Source: an uncultured bacterium (GTDB taxonomy: Bacteria > Abyssobacteria > SURF-5). From it: DNA of 23,320 bases. Location: assembly GCA_964607485.1 (NCBI GenBank), contig CAZSKP010000059.1, forward strand, positions 1 through 23,320, read 5' to 3'. The stretch's first letter is position 1, and every line of letters starts with the position of its first letter. This document shows, piece after piece, positions 15,459-23,320 of this stretch. Made by a program: the position numbers and the translations under genes. The notes beneath the pieces were generated by a model. It did no database searches and was not told the DNA's origin. It was given only the letters and a program-made list of their open reading frames with translations.

Positions 15459-18020
15459 TTACTCCTTCGTAAAGGACCGCACCTCTGTGCTGGTTATGAT
15501 TTCGGGATTATCGGCAGCCAAATCCATTCCTCGTACGCGCCAGAACACTTCCGTGCCGACATCGATCGCATTCCACAGCGCTGCGGGCATCGGCCACGAG
15601 GTGCGGCGGATCAGCTGTCTGCGATTCTTGTATGTGGACCAGAACGTGGCAAAGTCTGCCGAATAGCTCAGATCTACTGCAAAAAGATTGCTCAGTCCGC
15701 CGTCAACCTCCCATGAAAATGTGGGGGGCGATGTTAAGACCGACGCGTTGGCGGGAGAAAGCAAGGTTATCTGTGTCAAGTCGGGCCAGACTGTGGTGCC
15801 CACGAAGTCGACGTCTGAATTCCCATCGAGGTCGGTCACCGTCAGCCTGAATAGCAAAGACAGCGGCTCGCCCCCCGTCACTGCGGGCACGTCGAAGAAC
15901 GGCCAAGGCGAGACGGTGTCGTCATAAGGCGTTTCCGGAATGTCCTTGAAAGAGACATTCACATTGCCTCCGACCTGTTCCCATTTGTAGAAAAGCGGTT
16001 TGAAAATCGAGTCGGGGCCGCCGCTGCTGATGGACCCGTCGAGCATCACGTTCTTAGTTGCTGATAGAACCAATCTGCTATCTCCCGCGTCGGCCACTAC
16101 GAAGGGATTGCTGCTTTCGCGAACGTGAACCGTGAGCCTATCGACAAACGGCGCCATAGATGTGCCTGTATTGGGAAACGTCACAAGATAATCGCTTTCA
16201 AACGCAGGCGGGTGCACGTGAGCCGAGTACACTCCATCTCCGGCGGCATAATCGTAGGAGCCGTCGCCGTCATCCAGAAGAGTCACCTGCGTCGCCCCGA
16301 CATCCACCACCACGTCCCCGTTAGGTTCGCCGCAATTGACGTGCAGTGCCGAGAGGCCGAGATAATTGCTGAACGAATTCCCGAAACTGTCCGTTCCCAC
16401 GATAACCGTCACCTCGCTGCGACCGTACACCTTCGCGAGCCAAATATCCGGATTGAGAGGGTCGCCCACAAGCCAGTCCTTGAACTCGCTGGTGACCGGT
16501 GTGAGCCTGGCCAGAATCGTGGTGTCGGAACACTCTAAGGAGCCCCTGGCGTTGAGCCTTCTTCCCGATACCGACCTGCCCGCCATCAACTCATTGGGGT
16601 CGCCTCCGGTGAGCACACGATTCTTGACGAGGGGCCAATCGGTGATCGGCTCCAATGATGGGGACTGGGAATACAGGAGCCCAATGACGCCGGTAACGTG
16701 CGGAGCGGCCATGGATGTTCCCGACATGCCTCCCAGAGGTCCGTACAACGGATCGGTCGGGGTCGCGCGCAGCAACGTGCTCCATATGCTGACTCCGGGC
16801 GCGCCCACATCAACCGTTCTCCGCCCATAACACGAGAAATTGGCAAGGACGTCGTTGTTGTTTGTAGCAGCCACGGAGATTATGTTGGGAAGGTCGTAAC
16901 TAGCGGGGTACTCAAACAGGGCGTCGTTATCCGTACCCTCATTTCCCGCAGCGGCAACAAGGAGGATACCTCTCTTGCGCAACTCGTTTATGGCGGCGAC
17001 TTCAAACTCGGTGGGAAAGAAGCCTCCAAAGGACGCGTTGACGGCCACGATTTTTTCGGGCCGTTCCGGGTCCGCCTCCAAAGCGTCCGCCATGTCGGCT
17101 ATATAGTACAGACATTCCAGCTCGTCGGCAACGGTGCCCGTGCCATCGGAATTGAGGAACTTGCAGGCCATCATCCGGCCATACCAATTGACCCCGCTGA
17201 CGCCAATCAAGTTGTTCCCCACCGCGCCGTATATGCCCGCCACATGGGTGCCGTGTCCGTTGTCGTCCATCGGATTTCCGGCTGCAGTACTGGAAGTATC
17301 CTCCACAAGTGCATTTATTCCAAAAATATCGTCGGTGTAGCCATTGCCATCGTCGTCGACTCCGGGAGAGCCAAACAGCTCGGGCTCGTTTCTCCACATG
17401 TTGCCCGAGAGGTCGGGGTGATTGTGATCTATTCCGGTATCCAGTATCACGACAACCCACTTGCGCGCCGCCGGGTCCGGGTCGTCACCGACCGTGATGT
17501 CCCAGGCTCCCGTTGCCTCACCGATGAGTGGGTCGGCTACCGCATCAATGTCGGCATCCCGAAGGCCTCCGGTTTGCCTCGTGTTGAGAAGCGCCCACTG
17601 ATTGAAAAATAATTCGTCGTTGGGTTGCGTCTGCGATATCTCCCTTATGTAATTCGGCTCGACCCTAAAGACGACGGGGTCGTCGTTGTACCACGCCAGA
17701 CCTTCCCGGACCGACGTTCCCGACGGAAGCTTGACAAGCTGGACTCCGTCGGTCCCCGTGATAGTCTTGACGACGCGAGCTCCCAATGCGGCATGGACGC
17801 CTTGGGCCGTGGCGGCTCTGATTCCAGGCTTCATTTGAACCAGCAGCTCTCCCTCCGCATACTGAGAGCTCAGTTGCAGGGGTTCCGCCTGAGCCACGCA
17901 GGCCGCGACAAGAAGGAACACCATCGCCAATATAAATGCGCTCTGTCTCTCTCTCTCACACTCAATCCCTCCTAGCTTACACCCAACCCTCTCCCGAATC
18001 TGAACATCAAAAACATTCAC
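15459..18020 (-). CDS. Secreted S8 (subtilisin-family) serine protease with prodomain and C-terminal beta-sandwich domains
   Basis: Catalytic ILDTGID, GHGTHVAG, AAAGN, SGTSMAAPHV; prodomain ..VEPNY; LLDDG..D..AGDGVYS domain; PKD-like ADAG..LDGS.S..YKWEQ..FRLTVTD; terminal LLSPAN..PTFSW..FWRVRG domain. Start codon uncertain (see findings). Confidence 0.92.
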   Translation of the reverse strand: MNVFDVQIRERVGCKLGGIECERERQSAFILAMVFLLVAACVAQAEPLQLSSQYAEGELLVQMKPGIRAATAQGVHAALGARVVKTITGTDGVQLVKLPSGTSVREGLAWYNDDPVVFRVEPNYIREISQTQPNDELFFNQWALLNTRQTGGLRDADIDAVADPLIGEATGAWDITVGDDPDPAARKWVVVILDTGIDHNHPDLSGNMWRNEPELFGSPGVDDDGNGYTDDIFGINALVEDTSSTAAGNPMDDNGHGTHVAGIYGAVGNNLIGVSGVNWYGRMMACKFLNSDGTGTVADELECLYYIADMADALEADPERPEKIVAVNASFGGFFPTEFEVAAINELRKRGILLVAAAGNEGTDNDALFEYPASYDLPNIISVAATNNNDVLANFSCYGRRTVDVGAPGVSIWSTLLRATPTDPLYGPLGGMSGTSMAAPHVTGVIGLLYSQSPSLEPITDWPLVKNRVLTGGDPNELMAGRSVSGRRLNARGSLECSDTTILARLTPVTSEFKDWLVGDPLNPDIWLAKVYGRSEVTVIVGTDSFGNSFSNYLGLSALHVNCGEPNGDVVVDVGATQVTLLDDGDGSYDYAAGDGVYSAHVHPPAFESDYLVTFPNTGTSMAPFVDRLTVHVRESSNPFVVADAGDSRLVLSATKNVMLDGSISSGGPDSIFKPLFYKWEQVGGNVNVSFKDIPETPYDDTVSPWPFFDVPAVTGGEPLSLLFRLTVTDLDGNSDVDFVGTTVWPDLTQITLLSPANASVLTSPPTFSWEVDGGLSNLFAVDLSYSADFATFWSTYKNRRQLIRRTSWPMPAALWNAIDVGTEVFWRVRGMDLAADNPEIITSTEVRSFTKE
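17946..17957 (-). repeat. (GA)6 dinucleotide tract at the 5' end of the S8 gene
   Basis: Plus strand TCTCTCTCTCTC at 17946-17957, directly after a GTG with an AGGAGG RBS. Confidence 0.8.
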
Positions 18021-18025
18021 CCCTT

Positions 18026-18238
18026 CAGCAGCGTCCCTTCAAACGCCGCTGTCAGGAAGTGAATCCTCTCCTTTGTCACACCGGTCGATTGCTGAAGGAA
18101 ACAGATTATGCAATATCGCGGGACTGCCACCCGCGATGCTCGCAGGACAGTGACTTACGTCTTTATGGTGGGAGGCAACGGGACCCTCACCCGTAGCCTC
18201 TTCTCGCGCCGCTATAGGCTGGTGGATAATTAATCAGC
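18026..18238 (-). ncRNA. Candidate structured leader RNA upstream of the S8 protease
   Basis: Three hairpins (18172-18200, 18115-18137, 18026-18051) downstream of a possible promoter. No known family recognised. Confidence 0.35.
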
Positions 18239-18244
18239 GTTATA

Positions 18245-18272
18245 AGTAAATCACTAAAATCTCATTTGTCAA
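18245..18272 (-). promoter_or_regulatory. Possible sigma70 promoter for the S8 leader
   Basis: TTGACA (18272-18267) followed by an AT-rich stretch with TGA-TTTACT at 16-nt spacing; the -10 is imperfect. Confidence 0.45.
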
Positions 18273-18489
18273 CATTCTTCACTTTTCTGCGTATGCGCCG
18301 ATCCCGTCTTCTCGCCTTCAGCCCTGTCGGTCGAAGCTTCCCACAATTGAGGCAATCGAAGCCCTAAGTGTCCCGGTTCCAGATAGATAAGAGCCTTCCG
18401 AATGTGAAGATCTATCAAGGATACAGCGACGGGAACATTCTGCGACGGGTGGTATCCACGTTCAAGCGCCCCAAAGAGGAGGCATAGGT

Positions 18490-19065
18490 TCAGGCGCGGC
18501 AGGAAATCTTGAGGAAGTTGTTTACGATCTTCGGCCCTTCGCGGGTCAAAATGCTCTCGGGATGAAATTGGACGCCGTAAACCGGGTAGCGTTTGTGCTG
18601 AAGCCCCATTATCTCATTTTCTTTGGTGAACGCCGTGATCTCGAGGCAGTCGGGCAGCGTCTCCCTCTTTACGATGAGCGAATGGTAGCGAGTGGCCTCG
18701 AAGGGATTGGAAACGTCGGCGAGAAGTTCGTTCTTGACATGGTATATCATGGAGGTCTTGCCGTGCATCAGACGGTCGGCCCTGACGACGTCGCCGCCGA
18801 ACGCGTATCCGATGCATTGATGGCCGAGGCAAACGCCGAGTATGGGAATCTTATGGCCGAACGAGCGGATGACATCGTTCGAGATGCCTGCGTCGAGCGG
18901 GGTGCCCGGCCCCGGCGAGATGATTATGCGGTCCGGATTGAGTGACGAAATCTCGTCGATGGTTATCTTGTCGTTCCGATAGACGACGAAGTCGGGCCTG
19001 TGCACGCCGACGTATTGAACGAGGTTATACGTGAACGAGTCGTAGTTGTCGATTATGAGAATCAT
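18490..19065 (-). CDS. trpG: Anthranilate synthase component II (glutamine amidotransferase, TrpG/PabA family)
   Basis: IDNYDSFTYN, ISPGPG, GVCLGHQ, TRYHSL, GVQFHPES. Confidence 0.93.
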   Translation of the reverse strand: MILIIDNYDSFTYNLVQYVGVHRPDFVVYRNDKITIDEISSLNPDRIIISPGPGTPLDAGISNDVIRSFGHKIPILGVCLGHQCIGYAFGGDVVRADRLMHGKTSMIYHVKNELLADVSNPFEATRYHSLIVKRETLPDCLEITAFTKENEIMGLQHKRYPVYGVQFHPESILTREGPKIVNNFLKISCRA

Positions 19066-19071
19066 CGCAGT

Positions 19072-20676
19072 TTACCTTGTATTCGTAATCTTGGAGTCCC
19101 CACTCCCAATTCCAGACACATTTTCCACTCCCGCCTCTGCGATTTCAATAGCCCTGACGACGACGAGTGCTTTATGAAGCGTTTCGTCGTATTCCCTAGC
19201 GGGATTAGAATCGGCGACTATGCCCGCTCCCGCCTGCATGTATACCACATTGTCCTTGATAATCAGCGTGCGGATTATGATGCAAGAATCAAGATTCCCG
19301 GAAAAACTGAAATATCCAACAGCACCGCCGTAGGGACCGCGCTTCAATGGTTCCAATTCCTCGATAATCTCCATCGCTCGAATCTTGGGAGCGCCGGTGA
19401 GGGTTCCCGCGGGGAAGGTGGCGCGCAGGACATCGAAACAATCGCAATCTTTTCGGAGCGTCCCCCTTACGTTGGAGACTATATGCATCACATGGGAATA
19501 CGTTTCGACTACCATCTGCTCGGTCATGTGAACCGACCCCAGCTCCGCCACGCGGCCCACGTCGTTCCTGCCGAGGTCAACGAGCATGATGTGCTCGGCC
19601 CGCTCCTTTTCGTCGGAGAGCAGGTCGCGCTCGAGCTCCGCGTCATCAAACTCCTTCAGCGCACGGGGACGCGTGCCGGCTATCGGCCGCAGGTCGATCG
19701 TGTCCCCCTCGACGCGCACCAGCGTTTCGGGCGAGGCGCCCACCAGTTTGAGCACTCCGAAGTTAAGGTAAAACATGTAAGGTGACGGATTGACCGACCT
19801 GAGCGCGCGATAAATGTCGAAGGGCGGTGCCGTGACTTTCGTCGAGAATCTCTGGGAGAGCACCACCTGAAATATGTCGCCGGCCCGAATGTATTCCTTG
19901 GCTCTCCGGATTGCTTCTTCAAATTCTTCCCGCTCAAAGTTTGAATACAGCTCCACCTTCGAAGGCGGTTTTGGTGCATTGTATTTTGGAAAAGCGCACG
20001 GTCGCTCAAGGGCGTCGACCATTGCATCTATCTCGCGGATCGCTTCACGATACGCGGCTTCAGGGTTCCTGCCATCACTCACATGCGCATTGCAAACGAC
20101 CATAATGTTATGGTTCACATGATCAAAGATAAGGATTTTATCAGTAATGATGAAGAAAACATCGGGCAAGTTCAGGTCATCTTCAGTATCGTCAGGTAGT
20201 TCCTCAAAAAAACGCACGGTGTCGTAACCGATGTAGCCAACTGCACCACCGAAAAAACGTGGCACGCCCTTCACTGCGACGGGTTGCTTGTATGGCTGCA
20301 TCAATTCCTTCAGGCAGGTTAACGGGTCATCGGATTGAAAATGCCTCGCTCTCCCCTTTTCCGTGATTGTGATGTCACTGCCTTTAGATTGGAATATTAT
20401 GGACGGGTTTGAGCCAAGAAAAGAATATTGACCTATATTGACCGGGGTGCTGATATCGCTAGGGCTGACAAAACTGATTCCTTTAGCTATCCGCTCAGCC
20501 TTTGCTACTTGTTTGGCGCTTTCGACGCTTTCCAGAAGGAACGAGTATTCACCTTTGTCAATCCTCATGAATGCCGAAACCGGAGTTAAGAGATCTGCGA
20601 GCACCTTGCGATAGACAGGGATGAGATTCCCCTCGCCGGCCATCCGCTTGAATTCCTCCAATGTCGGTGTGTACAT
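19072..20676 (-). CDS. trpE: Anthranilate synthase component I
   Basis: ADLLTPVSAF, LLESVE, GDIFQVVLSQRF, NPSPYMF, RPIAGTRPR, KERAEHIMLVDLGRND, FPAGTLTGAPK, QAGAGIVADS. Start ATG 20676 (TTG 20694 is an alternative). Confidence 0.93.
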   Translation of the reverse strand: MYTPTLEEFKRMAGEGNLIPVYRKVLADLLTPVSAFMRIDKGEYSFLLESVESAKQVAKAERIAKGISFVSPSDISTPVNIGQYSFLGSNPSIIFQSKGSDITITEKGRARHFQSDDPLTCLKELMQPYKQPVAVKGVPRFFGGAVGYIGYDTVRFFEELPDDTEDDLNLPDVFFIITDKILIFDHVNHNIMVVCNAHVSDGRNPEAAYREAIREIDAMVDALERPCAFPKYNAPKPPSKVELYSNFEREEFEEAIRRAKEYIRAGDIFQVVLSQRFSTKVTAPPFDIYRALRSVNPSPYMFYLNFGVLKLVGASPETLVRVEGDTIDLRPIAGTRPRALKEFDDAELERDLLSDEKERAEHIMLVDLGRNDVGRVAELGSVHMTEQMVVETYSHVMHIVSNVRGTLRKDCDCFDVLRATFPAGTLTGAPKIRAMEIIEELEPLKRGPYGGAVGYFSFSGNLDSCIIIRTLIIKDNVVYMQAGAGIVADSNPAREYDETLHKALVVVRAIEIAEAGVENVSGIGSGDSKITNTR

Positions 20677-20702
20677 TTTTCGCTCCGGCCGCAAGGAAGC
20701 GG

Positions 20703-21089
20703 CTATTTCTTCCCGTACACCTTCTTTGGGTCAAACATCGGCGACCCGATTATTTTCCATGCCGAGCCGTCTTCGAGTTTTCGGTAGAAGCACGATCTGT
20801 AGCCCTCGTGACAGGCGGCGCCCTTTTGTCTGACCCTTATGAGTATCGTGTCACAGTCGCAATCCGTGAAGATTTCGTCCACCGATTGGATGTTGCCCGA
20901 GATTTCCCCCTTGCTCCAGAGTTGCTTGCGCGAACGACTGTAGAAGTGCGTCCTGCCGGTCTTGAGCGTTGTCTCGATGGCCTCGCGGTTCATGTAGGCC
21001 AGCATCAACACTTCGCCCGTCTCGCTTTCCTGGACTATTGCGGGCACAAGCCCGTTCTTATCAAACTTGATGTCGTCGAGAATTCTCAT
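20703..21089 (-). CDS. hisI: Phosphoribosyl-AMP cyclohydrolase
   Basis: [44 protein letters not shown]. Start ATG 21089 overlaps the end of hisF. Confidence 0.95.
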   Translation of the reverse strand: MRILDDIKFDKNGLVPAIVQESETGEVLMLAYMNREAIETTLKTGRTHFYSRSRKQLWSKGEISGNIQSVDEIFTDCDCDTILIRVRQKGAACHEGYRSCFYRKLEDGSAWKIIGSPMFDPKKVYGKK

Positions 21090-21858
21090 TCGTGACTCCG
21101 GCAAACTCTCTGACACACACTCCCCGTGACCTGAGATATTCCTTCGCTTCGCCGATGGTGTATGTCTGGTAGTGAAATATGGAAGCGGCAAGCACGGCGT
21201 CGGCCTCGCCTTCTATCAGGGCATCATATAAGTGCTCCAGCGCGCCCGCCCCTCCGGACGCTATGACGGGAATGGACACGCGCCGCGAAATCGCCCGGGT
21301 GAGCTCGATGTCATAACCCTTTTGTGTGCCGTCATAGTCCATGCTTGTGAGAAGTATCTCACCCGCTCCGAGATCGTTGACGCGCTCGGCCCACTCGATC
21401 GCGTCCAGGCCGGTGGGCGTTCTTCCGCCGTGGACGAACACCTCAAACCCCTTCTCAGTCCGCTTGGCGTCTATGGCCACGACAATACACTGACTGCCAA
21501 AGCGGTCGGACGAACGCGCGACGAGCTGCGGGTCGCCGACGGCAGCCGTGTTGATCGAAATCTTGTCGGCCCCGGCGCGCAGAAGCTCGCGCATGTCATC
21601 AATTGTCCGAATTCCGCCGCCGACGGTGAGCGGCATGAACACCTGCTCCGCTGTCCGGCTGACGACCGAAAGCATTATGCCCCGCTTCTCGTACGAGGCC
21701 GTTATGTCGAGGAAAACCACCTCGTCGGCCCGCTCTTCGTCATATCTTCGCGCTATCTCGACGGGGTCGCCGGCATCTCTAAGCCCGACGAAATTGACGC
21801 CTTTGACAACCCGCCCGTCCTTGACGTCGAGACACGGAATTATCCGCTTGGCGAGCAT
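21061..21858 (-). CDS. hisF: Imidazole glycerol phosphate synthase cyclase subunit
   Basis: [70 protein letters not shown] before ATG 21858. Confidence 0.97.
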   Translation of the reverse strand: MLAKRIIPCLDVKDGRVVKGVNFVGLRDAGDPVEIARRYDEERADEVVFLDITASYEKRGIMLSVVSRTAEQVFMPLTVGGGIRTIDDMRELLRAGADKISINTAAVGDPQLVARSSDRFGSQCIVVAIDAKRTEKGFEVFVHGGRTPTGLDAIEWAERVNDLGAGEILLTSMDYDGTQKGYDIELTRAISRRVSIPVIASGGAGALEHLYDALIEGEADAVLAASIFHYQTYTIGEAKEYLRSRGVCVREFAGVTNENSRRHQV

Positions 21859-21897
21859 CAGAGACACCTCGTATCGGATTCCATCGGGCAGAATGCT

Positions 21898-22479
21898 TCA
21901 GGGGAGTTCATCGGCGGGCGCCTTTGCCGAAACCGGTTTGGGGGATTTACTCGCGATTATCCTATCCACGGAGACGGGTATGATTTCCACGTTGTCCAGT
22001 CCGAGCCCTTCCTTCAGGCAGAGGGCTATCTCCCGCTGCACCCTGTCGCCCGCATCCTTGAGATTCTGTTCGGACCAAACGCTGATAGAGGCGCGCACCC
22101 GGAGTTTTTGGCGGTCCCTTGAGGTGCCGACCTTGGTTCGAACACTGTTGACGACGGGCTTCTCCGCGAAGTACTTGGCGATATAATCCTCCAACGCGCG
22201 GAGCGAGATGTCTATCGGGCCTTTTTCGCCCTCGAATGTAAAGGTGGCGGAGGAACTGGGAGCCCGACCGGCCAGGCTATACACGATTAAGCTGGCCAGA
22301 AACACAAAGAGGCCGACGACGATATAGGCAAGCGGCATGTTTATCCTGGTGACGGTATGAATGACGAGCGAAGTGAACTGCTGGTCGAGCGCCATCAGTC
22401 CGGCCAAAACCAAAAAAAGCGCGAGCAGGAACAGAATGCCCGAAATGAATACCAGTATGGTCGATTTGATAAATCTCAT
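21898..22479 (-). CDS. Alkaline shock response membrane anchor protein AmaP-like
   Basis: Two N-terminal TM helices, then G.IDISLRALEDYI..VQREI...LKEGLGL..V..I.VSV (Asp23-like fold pattern). Start overlaps the upstream stop (ATGA). Confidence 0.7.
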   Translation of the reverse strand: MRFIKSTILVFISGILFLLALFLVLAGLMALDQQFTSLVIHTVTRINMPLAYIVVGLFVFLASLIVYSLAGRAPSSSATFTFEGEKGPIDISLRALEDYIAKYFAEKPVVNSVRTKVGTSRDRQKLRVRASISVWSEQNLKDAGDRVQREIALCLKEGLGLDNVEIIPVSVDRIIASKSPKPVSAKAPADELP

Positions 22480-23320
22480 GGCCGGTCTTCCCCTTCCGCT
22501 AAAACTGTTATTTCCGGTCGATGCGCCGAACCGGCGAGTTTGCGGCAGCCGCCGTCGGTGACGACGATCATATCTTCAATCCGCACTCCACCGACTCCGG
22601 GAATATAAATGCCCGGCTCAACTGTGAAGACCATGCCGGGCTTGACGTTTCCCTTCCCAAGCCGGGAAATGACGGGCGATTCATGCACTTCCAGTCCCAC
22701 GCCGTGGCCGAGACTGTGACCGAACAATTCCCCATATCCGGCGTCGGCAATCATGTTGCGCGCGACGGCGTCGATCTCTGAGCACGGCATGCCAGGCCGA
22801 ATCGCCTCGATTGCGGCGGCCTGCGCATTTTCAACGATATCATATATTTCAACAACCTGCCGCGACCTCATTTTATCCAACCACACGGTCCTTGTCAAGT
22901 CCGAGTGATATCCCCCGAACTGAGCCCCGATGTCGATAACAATGGGCTCACCGGCCTCGATGGGACGGTCCGACGACGCGCCGTGGGGCATCGCTGACCG
23001 CGGCCCCGAGGCGACGATGAGGTCGAAGGCCTCTTTCTTGCCTCCGAGGGAGCGAATCAGCGCGTTGATACGGTTGGCCGCCTTCTGTTCGGTCATGCCG
23101 GGCCTGATTTCTTCAATCGCCTTCGCGAGGGCCTCATCGGCAATCGAGGCGGCCTTTTCAATGAGCCGGATTTCCGGGTCGTCTTTGACCGCGCGCAAGT
23201 CTTCCACCCAGTCCTCAGTCGGGACAAGCTCCGGAGAATCTGCCTGTTTGAGTTGCGCATAGTTGCGGTATGTCAGGTGTCGGGACTCGTATGCCAGCTT
23301 CGAGATGTTCAGCTCATTTA
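22476..23320 (-). CDS. Xaa-Pro aminopeptidase/dipeptidase (M24 family), 5' end beyond the window
   Basis: IVASG.RSAMPHG, IDIGA..GYHSDLTRT, FGHSLGHGVGLEVHE, TVEPGIY, GGVRIED. The frame stays open to the window edge (..KLAYESRHLTY..VPTEDWVEDLR). Confidence 0.93.
   Translation of the reverse strand, partial: NELNISKLAYESRHLTYRNYAQLKQADSPELVPTEDWVEDLRAVKDDPEIRLIEKAASIADEALAKAIEEIRPGMTEQKAANRINALIRSLGGKKEAFDLIVASGPRSAMPHGASSDRPIEAGEPIVIDIGAQFGGYHSDLTRTVWLDKMRSRQVVEIYDIVENAQAAAIEAIRPGMPCSEIDAVARNMIADAGYGELFGHSLGHGVGLEVHESPVISRLGKGNVKPGMVFTVEPGIYIPGVGGVRIEDMIVVTDGGCRKLAGSAHRPEITVLAEGEDRP

Noticed and set aside
18100..18230. SAM-I, FMN, cobalamin or c-di-AMP riboswitch, or an intact tRNA
   Set aside because: Only fragments resemble them (GGCAAC, TTATC, T-loop-like hairpins); the core consensus and cloverleaf are missing.
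21090..21191. Upstream extension of hisI
   Set aside because: Inside hisF; HisI homology starts at ATG 21089.
1..23320. CRISPR array, IS element, prophage or rRNA
   Set aside because: No regularly spaced direct repeats, transposase, integrase, phage genes or rRNA-like sequence seen.

Overview
A bacterial chromosomal window of mostly core genes at moderately high GC, with no integrase, transposase, CRISPR array, rRNA or intact tRNA that I can support. Left to right: (+) a three-gene cluster encoding a secreted FecR-domain protein fused to a GspG-like pseudopilin head, a small two-TM membrane protein and an orphan YvyF-like double-Zn-finger protein; (-) an AdnAB-type pair of UvrD helicase/PD-(D/E)XK nuclease genes; (+) a secreted HEAT-repeat protein and a GalT/HIT-family nucleotidyltransferase; (-) ychF; (+) an uncharacterised protein with a C-terminal UVR motif; (-) a Zn-ribbon protein behind a near-perfect sigma54 promoter; (-) a universal stress protein and a Zn-dependent phospholipase C-family gene; (-) a large S8 subtilase; (-) a run of pepP-like (partial), amaP-like, hisF, hisI, trpE and trpG. 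Several near-consensus sigma70 promoters are readable by eye and correct some start codons. The most unusual signals are the FecR-GspG fusion, a (GA)6 tract that puts the best start of the S8 protease out of frame, a structured leader with twin T-loop-like hairpins upstream of that protease, the sigma54-driven Zn-ribbon gene, and a 24-aa insertion at the Trp-feedback motif of TrpE. All family calls come from motif recognition, not database searches.
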